A stretch of 64,000 bases of DNA from Dehalococcoidia bacterium (GTDB taxonomy: Bacteria > Chloroflexota > Dehalococcoidia > UBA2979). Positions 58,789 to 64,000 of this stretch are shown here, piece after piece. Made by a program: the position numbers and the translations under genes. The notes beneath the pieces are model-generated. The model searched no databases and was not told where the DNA came from. It was given only the letters and a program-made list of their open reading frames with translations. The stretch spans positions 1,120,001 to 1,184,000 of the forward strand of contig CAXXDN010000002.1 of NCBI GenBank assembly GCA_963667465.2, in the 5' to 3' direction. Every line of letters begins with the position of its first letter. The first letter of the stretch is position 1.

Positions 58789-59154
58789 ATGAGCGAGACA
58801 CCCGGCTACGACCGCGACAACGTCTTCGCGCGCATCCTGCGCGACGAGATCCCCAGCGACCGCGTCTACGAGGACGGCGAGTTCATCGCCTTCCGCGACA
58901 TCAACCCGGCCGCCCCCACGCACATCGTGCTGATCCCCCGCGGCGAGCCGCCCGCCGGTCCCGGCGGCCTCGAGGGCGCTGACGCCGGCTGGGCAGGCCG
59001 GATGCTCGTCGCCGCCTCGCGGATCGCGGCGCAGGAGGGGCTGGCGGAGGACGGCTACCGGCTGGTGCTGAACAACGGCCGCAACGCCGGGCAGGAAGTC
59101 CCGCACATCCACCTGCACATCCTCGGCGGCGGCCCGCTCGGCCCGATCGCCTGA
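58789..59154 (+). CDS. HIT-family (histidine triad) protein
   Basis: FARIL..EIP, AFRDINPAAPTH, GQEVPHIHLHILGG. Confidence 0.93.
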   Translation: MSETPGYDRDNVFARILRDEIPSDRVYEDGEFIAFRDINPAAPTHIVLIPRGEPPAGPGGLEGADAGWAGRMLVAASRIAAQEGLAEDGYRLVLNNGRNAGQEVPHIHLHILGGGPLGPIA

Positions 59155-59241
59155 GGCCGCGCGCGGCGAGGCGCCAACGGGGCTCGGAGGGCGGACCGGC
59201 CATTCGCAGTCCGCGTGTACCCTAGCGACGCCGCGTGGAGT

Positions 59242-59318
59242 GGGCCCGTAGCTCAGCGGCCTAGAGCAGTCGGCTCATAACCGATCGGTCCCAGGTTCGA
59301 ATCCTGGCGGGCCCACCA
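59242..59318 (+). tRNA. tRNA with CAT anticodon, most likely tRNA-Ile2 (lysidine)
   Basis: Acceptor GGGCCCG/CGGGCCC fully paired (not initiator), GTCGG-CTCATAA-CCGAT, GTTCGAAT, ACCA; Ile2 versus elongator Met is an inference. Confidence 0.9.
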
Positions 59319-59418
59319 GAGCTGGACAAAATCGAGAACCTTCGCCAGCCGGTTCAGGCTGATCCCGTACGCGGTGCGCGCGGCTCCGGGCGCAAGCGCC
59401 GGGTGGCGCCCGGAGCGG

Positions 59419-62370
59419 CTACTCAGACTCGGCGCGTGCGCAGAGGTCTGGTATCGACTCGCAGGGGTTGTCGAAGCTCGCCGTCACGGTCCGGTTGCGG
59501 TTCATCGTGACCTTGCACGTCGTCCCGCTCGAGCTGTCACAGCCGATCCAGGCCTTGAGGTAGTACGGCGCTACCGCCGTGGCCGTGAGCGTGACGGGCG
59601 TCCCCTCCGTGTACGAGCCGGCACCGGTAACGCTCCCAGCGCTGCGCGGGACCGCCGCAGCGGAGAGGGTATAGCTGCGCTTCGCCCGGAACACAGCCTG
59701 ATAGATCACGTTGCCGCTGCTCGTCTGCACGCTGATCGAGCTGCTCGTGGCGCAACTACTGCTGGTCTGTCGTGCGAACTCGCCAGGCGGACGCAACTGC
59801 TGCCAGTAGTTGAAGCAGTAGCCCGCCTTCGCCGTTGCGCGGATCGGGACCGTCTTCCCGCAGTCGACGGTGTCGCTGCCCGTAGCGGCGCCGCCCGTCG
59901 AACCGACCGCCACGACGGTGCACTGCTCTGTGAAGCTGGCGTGGGCGCTCATGCTGGTCTTGTTCACCGTGATCGTCTTCGGGCTCTGTGCGCCGCTCAC
60001 GTCCCCCGACCAGCCGCTGAAGCGGTAGTTGTCGTCCGCCGTCGCGCGGATCGTGACCGAACGGCCGCAGTCGCCAGTGGAGCCGCCCGAGCTGATCTCG
60101 GCAGACCCGCCGCTGCCGTCCGTCACGCTGAGCGTGCACTGCGGCGTGGGCGGCGGCTTGGCTGCGAAGTGCGCCGCCACGCTGCGGTTCCTGTCCATAC
60201 GCACGCGACACGCCCCCGAGCCGCCGCAGTCGCCCGACCAGTGACTAAAGTCGTAGCCCGCCTTCTCGCTCGCTGTGGCCGTCCTCCACGTGCTCGCGCT
60301 GCACGGCACCGTCCCACCCCCGCCGACCGTCCCGCCTGTGTCGTCGTTGTCGCTCCCGCCGGTGTTCGGGATCACCGTCAGGGTGCACTGCGGCGGGGGA
60401 TCGTTGTCGTCCACCCGCACGGACGCTGCCGCGGGCGTCCCAACTGTGTAGCCGCTGCCCGGCTTCACCACCACGCTGATCGCTCCCGCCGCCTCATCGA
60501 CATTGTCGTCCTGGGTCGCGACGTCCCTTGTGAATGTTCCGCTGGTGGGAATCGCAATGGAGACGGTGCGCGGCAGCGTGGCGCTGGCGAAGCTGCCGGA
60601 CTCATCCTCCGTAATGGTAACGAGGAGCGGTGCGGCAGGCGCCGGTCTGGCGGTGATCGTGAACCGTGCGTCCGCGCCCTCCGTGACGCGGCCGCCACCG
60701 GCGACGCTCACGACGGGTACTACCGGCTCGTCATCGTCGCGGACCGTCACGGTTGCGGCATCGCCCGGCGGCGTAGCCACCTCGTATCCCGTACCTGACT
60801 TCACCGTCACCGTGACCGAGCCATCCGCTTCGTCGACCGAGTCCTGCACCGTCGGGACCTTGTAGGTCGCGGTGCCGCCCGTGGGTATTTCGACAGTCTT
60901 CGCTCCCTGGTTCGCGGAGGTGAGGTAGCTTCCCGATTCTGAGACCGTCAGCTCCACTGCGATCGCAGCAGTTGGAGTCGGGTCTGCTGTCAGCGTGAAC
61001 ACCGCGTCGCCGCCCTCCGTGATCGCGTTGCCGGAGGAAACCTTGACGATGGGCGAAGGGGTGGGCGTTGGCGTAGGAGAGCCACGTCTCGGGACGGAAC
61101 TCAGAGTGTACGCGGGGCCCGCTCCCTTCCCGTTCTTCGCGCGAACCTGCACCGTGTAGGTCCTCCCGTTCCTAAGCCCGGTCAGCGTGTGTGTAACCGC
61201 AGCACTGCCGCCTTGAACTATGGTCCACGCCGTCCATTCGGAATCCCGTTCGTCCTCTGCACGCCGCTTCGGCTTCGGCCGATAACGTACTTCGTAGCCA
61301 CTGGCCCTCGTGTTACTCGAACCAGCCCACGTAAGCCTGATCGCTCCGTCACGTTCAGTCGCTTCAACGTCGGCCGGTCGAACCACTGGAGCGCCGCATG
61401 GCACAACAGGTGCTGTAGATGGAGGACCTAGCTCAGCACCCGGCGCGGGCGGCGGATACAACTTGAAGACCCATGAATCCGAGCAAAATTCCCGTCGAGT
61501 CCCGTCAAAACCATGAGCGTCGTAGTTCAGTTCCGGGCCGCGGTAAACGTTGCGCCAAATGCTACTAAACGCCTCGTGGCTGTTCGCCTCTTGGTGCAGA
61601 TGCGGTGCGGTGGATGCGCACTTGGCGCCATCTCTGTTGGCAGGCGGTGTGCCCTCACGCCATCGCTGCTCGTACCATCGACCGAACATCCGCCGAACCG
61701 AAAAGGTCTGACCTTCTACCGTGACGCTCTGGATCGTTCCTACGCCCTCCGCGCCGTCCACGACGAGCGGTTTGGTGGTTGTCGCGCGCCTCTCGATCTC
61801 CGCTCCTGTATCGCTCTTTGTTGGAACCCAACTCGCGGGTAACAACTCACCGATCTGTTTGATCGTGACCGAGTTCTTTTCAGTTGTGAGATCGAGCTCG
61901 CTTCCGCGCGCGAAATAGTGGACGGCAACTCCGTTGACAACTTGGTATTCGGACGTGTGCAGAAAATAGACCTCACCAAGTGACTTGAAACTCCCATTGA
62001 TGTCACGGATGAACTCTGCCAATACGTAGCGGCATTCTGACTGTTCCCGTTGGTCCCATGTGAGCCTTACCTTGATTGCCGGATCGTCTGTTACTGTACG
62101 CACTGCGGCATACACTGGCTGGCCAACTGGCGCAGGGACGAAGTCGAGGGCATTCGCGTTGCCATAATGCCATCCTTGCGTCAATGTCACGTTCCGGGGC
62201 GAGAATGGAATCCCCGCTGGCTCGAGACCGGGCAGGATGTCGTATTCGCAGCGCGTCTCCTCACCCATGACTCGCACTGGATCCACGCTTGGTGACACGC
62301 CGAATGGTATCGCAGGCAAGGTGAGCCAAGCGACGAGCACGGAGAGTGTAGCGCTAGTGATACGCTGCAC
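59419..62370 (-). CDS. Secreted modular protein: M23-like peptidase domain, FN3, two Calx-beta-like domains, several InlB-B-like repeats
   Basis: Signal peptide; WH..ALDF/PVYAA/YFLH/STAPHLH; LTW..GYEVRY..LTGLRNGRTYTVQVRA.N..G.G; ITEG.DA.FT..DD.VDE.DG.V.V; A...GY.F..WSGDC repeats. Confidence 0.8.
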   Translation of the reverse strand: MQRITSATLSVLVAWLTLPAIPFGVSPSVDPVRVMGEETRCEYDILPGLEPAGIPFSPRNVTLTQGWHYGNANALDFVPAPVGQPVYAAVRTVTDDPAIKVRLTWDQREQSECRYVLAEFIRDINGSFKSLGEVYFLHTSEYQVVNGVAVHYFARGSELDLTTEKNSVTIKQIGELLPASWVPTKSDTGAEIERRATTTKPLVVDGAEGVGTIQSVTVEGQTFSVRRMFGRWYEQRWREGTPPANRDGAKCASTAPHLHQEANSHEAFSSIWRNVYRGPELNYDAHGFDGTRREFCSDSWVFKLYPPPAPGAELGPPSTAPVVPCGAPVVRPADVEATERDGAIRLTWAGSSNTRASGYEVRYRPKPKRRAEDERDSEWTAWTIVQGGSAAVTHTLTGLRNGRTYTVQVRAKNGKGAGPAYTLSSVPRRGSPTPTPTPSPIVKVSSGNAITEGGDAVFTLTADPTPTAAIAVELTVSESGSYLTSANQGAKTVEIPTGGTATYKVPTVQDSVDEADGSVTVTVKSGTGYEVATPPGDAATVTVRDDDEPVVPVVSVAGGGRVTEGADARFTITARPAPAAPLLVTITEDESGSFASATLPRTVSIAIPTSGTFTRDVATQDDNVDEAAGAISVVVKPGSGYTVGTPAAASVRVDDNDPPPQCTLTVIPNTGGSDNDDTGGTVGGGGTVPCSASTWRTATASEKAGYDFSHWSGDCGGSGACRVRMDRNRSVAAHFAAKPPPTPQCTLSVTDGSGGSAEISSGGSTGDCGRSVTIRATADDNYRFSGWSGDVSGAQSPKTITVNKTSMSAHASFTEQCTVVAVGSTGGAATGSDTVDCGKTVPIRATAKAGYCFNYWQQLRPPGEFARQTSSSCATSSSISVQTSSGNVIYQAVFRAKRSYTLSAAAVPRSAGSVTGAGSYTEGTPVTLTATAVAPYYLKAWIGCDSSSGTTCKVTMNRNRTVTASFDNPCESIPDLCARAESE

Positions 62371-62376
62371 GATGAC

Positions 62377-64000
62377 CTACTCGGCGAAGAGGCTCCGGGC
62401 AATCGCCACTACTCCCTTGAGCCGATCGCCCCTCAGGCTCCCGTCCAGGCCGGTCACGGTGTACATGGTGCCAGTTGCCGCGTCGTAGATGGAGACGACG
62501 ACGCGGGCGAGCTTGTCATGATTGGGACCGGGAGGACTGTAGATTACAGTCGCTGGCCGTCCGTCCAGCACGAGTGCTTCTTGTACGATCGAGCCACTCG
62601 CCCACAGTGCCTGATCTCGATCGTGAAGCAGGCTGAGATAGAAGCCGCAGATTCTTACACCTGCGTAGCCGCTGGATGTCACGAAGACGGCGCAATACCC
62701 ATGATCGGGATCGGATGGCGTTCCGCTGCTGGCACTCCCGAACGTCCATCCGCCAGGAAGGGTCGGAGTGCTCCAGTACGGAAGTTTCCGGGCCTCGGCG
62801 AGACTTGTCGTGTAGACAGGACTCGCGCTCGAATCCGCGGGCGTGTCCCGGTACTGTTCGGGCACCGTCAGGCCGCGCCAAGTCTCAGGAACAAGCTGGA
62901 ACGGCCCGTGCAACACGGGCGTTGTGAGCGACGCTCCACCGTAGACGGGCGGCTCCTCCAGCATCACCCCGCTCACCGTCGAGTCGAAGGCGATTGCCCC
63001 GCTACAAGCCGCGAACGCGAACGTCACGGGTTCGAGCGCGAGGTTCTTCCGCGGCTGCTCCCCTACGGGGTCCGGCAGCACGTTCGTGACTCGGTAGTCG
63101 ATCCAGCAGTGCTCGGTCAGTTCCCAGCGCAGGTAGTCGCCAGCTGTGACCTCACCGTACGCGGCCGCGTGCGAAACCCCGGAGGCGTCGCGCTGGTGGA
63201 TCAGAAGCCTGCTCGCATCCTCGCGCAGGCTCTCCCAGGTCGTGAGCACCGCAGGCGTCATGAGGGCCTCGGCGCTCTGCTCACCCTGCTGCTGCGCGCC
63301 CGATCCTCCGAAGAACGCGTAGCTTCCCGGCTTCGTCGCCTCGCCGGTCGTGTCGAGCTGGTTGTACGGTAGCGCGGAGGACTCCGGGCTCTGTACGAAC
63401 ACGGCGCTCGCTGTGCGGTCCGCGTCCATCGTGAGTGAGCACGTCGTCGAGGTCGCTGGCGTGCCAGCGCAGTCATCGCCCCACGACGACAGCTGGTACC
63501 CGTCCGCAGCGGTCGCCGTGACGGTGACGACTGTACCCGCAGCGTGGCTCTCCCCCGCGGGGTCCGCACTCAGGCTCCCATCCGTCGCGGCGGAGAGCGT
63601 CAGCGCGTAGGTCACCGGTGTCGCCGTGGCCGTTGGCGTCGGCGTGGCCGTCGCTGTCGCCGTGGCGGTCGGTGTCGATGTGGCCGTCGCAGTCGCAGTC
63701 GGCGTGGGGGTGGGCGTGGCGCAGTCCTTGATCGAGAGCTTCCCGAGGTCGTTGCTCGACACCTTGCGCAGCACGGGCGGCAGGCAGCCCGTGAAGGCGT
63801 TGCCCGACACCTTCAACGTCGAGAGCCCCTCGAGGTTCGCGGGCAGGCTGCCGGTCAGCCTGTTGCCGTTCACGGTCAGGTGCCGCAGCGTGGCCGACTG
63901 ACCCAGTTCCTCCGGGATGGACCCGCTCAGCTGGTTGCCGGCCAGGTGCAGCGCCCACAGCGGTGGGCCTGAGCCCAACTCCTTCGGGATGCTCCCCGTG
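62377..64000 (-). CDS. Surface protein with plant-type leucine-rich repeats, Pro/Thr linker, InlB-B-like repeat and a C-terminal domain (5' truncated)
   Basis: GSIPKELG..LHLAGNQLSGSIPEELG..LTVNGNRLTGSLP..GNAFTGCLP; TPTPTATATAT; GYQLSSWGDDC. Confidence 0.82.
   Translation of the reverse strand, partial: TGSIPKELGSGPPLWALHLAGNQLSGSIPEELGQSATLRHLTVNGNRLTGSLPANLEGLSTLKVSGNAFTGCLPPVLRKVSSNDLGKLSIKDCATPTPTPTATATATSTPTATATATATPTPTATATPVTYALTLSAATDGSLSADPAGESHAAGTVVTVTATAADGYQLSSWGDDCAGTPATSTTCSLTMDADRTASAVFVQSPESSALPYNQLDTTGEATKPGSYAFFGGSGAQQQGEQSAEALMTPAVLTTWESLREDASRLLIHQRDASGVSHAAAYGEVTAGDYLRWELTEHCWIDYRVTNVLPDPVGEQPRKNLALEPVTFAFAACSGAIAFDSTVSGVMLEEPPVYGGASLTTPVLHGPFQLVPETWRGLTVPEQYRDTPADSSASPVYTTSLAEARKLPYWSTPTLPGGWTFGSASSGTPSDPDHGYCAVFVTSSGYAGVRICGFYLSLLHDRDQALWASGSIVQEALVLDGRPATVIYSPPGPNHDKLARVVVSIYDAATGTMYTVTGLDGSLRGDRLKGVVAIARSLFAE

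Noticed and set aside
59242-59318. tRNA-Sec or initiator tRNA
   Set aside because: The anticodon is CAT, the variable arm is short and pair 1-72 is matched. No tRNA-Sec was found in the window.
59319-59418. Integrase or att site after tRNA(CAT)
   Set aside because: No integrase ORF and no repeat of the tRNA 3' end within the window

Overview
High-GC bacterial chromosome segment. The gene content suggests Chloroflexota (Dehalococcoidia/SAR202-like), possibly sponge-associated; this is an inference. Housekeeping genes: ffh-rpsP-khpA-rimM, rnd, nhaA, pepP, nrdJ, metE, rlmD-like, maf, gltB, fabF and three tRNAs. They are interleaved with tandemly duplicated paralogues (3 SDRs, 2 EamA, 2 TlpA, 2 MFS), a flavin-dependent halogenase, an ERG24-type sterol reductase, several gene relics, and large modular surface proteins after tRNA(CAT). 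The main discovery is four genes that the ORF track splits at an in-frame TGA falling exactly on a catalytic Cys position, i.e. probable selenoproteins. Three are paralogous thioredoxin-fold lipoproteins (W-U-x-x-C; 43215-45836). Each has a hairpin at the same offset after the UGA, with compensatory base changes between copies (SECIS-like). They are clustered with a metal-type MerR regulator, two TlpA CxxC proteins and a DUF3179 lipoprotein, suggesting an extracytoplasmic selenium-based redox module. The fourth is an AhpD/CMD-like protein (C-x-x-U; 24962-25534) downstream of a DtxR-family regulator. All family assignments come from motif recognition by eye; no database searches were run.
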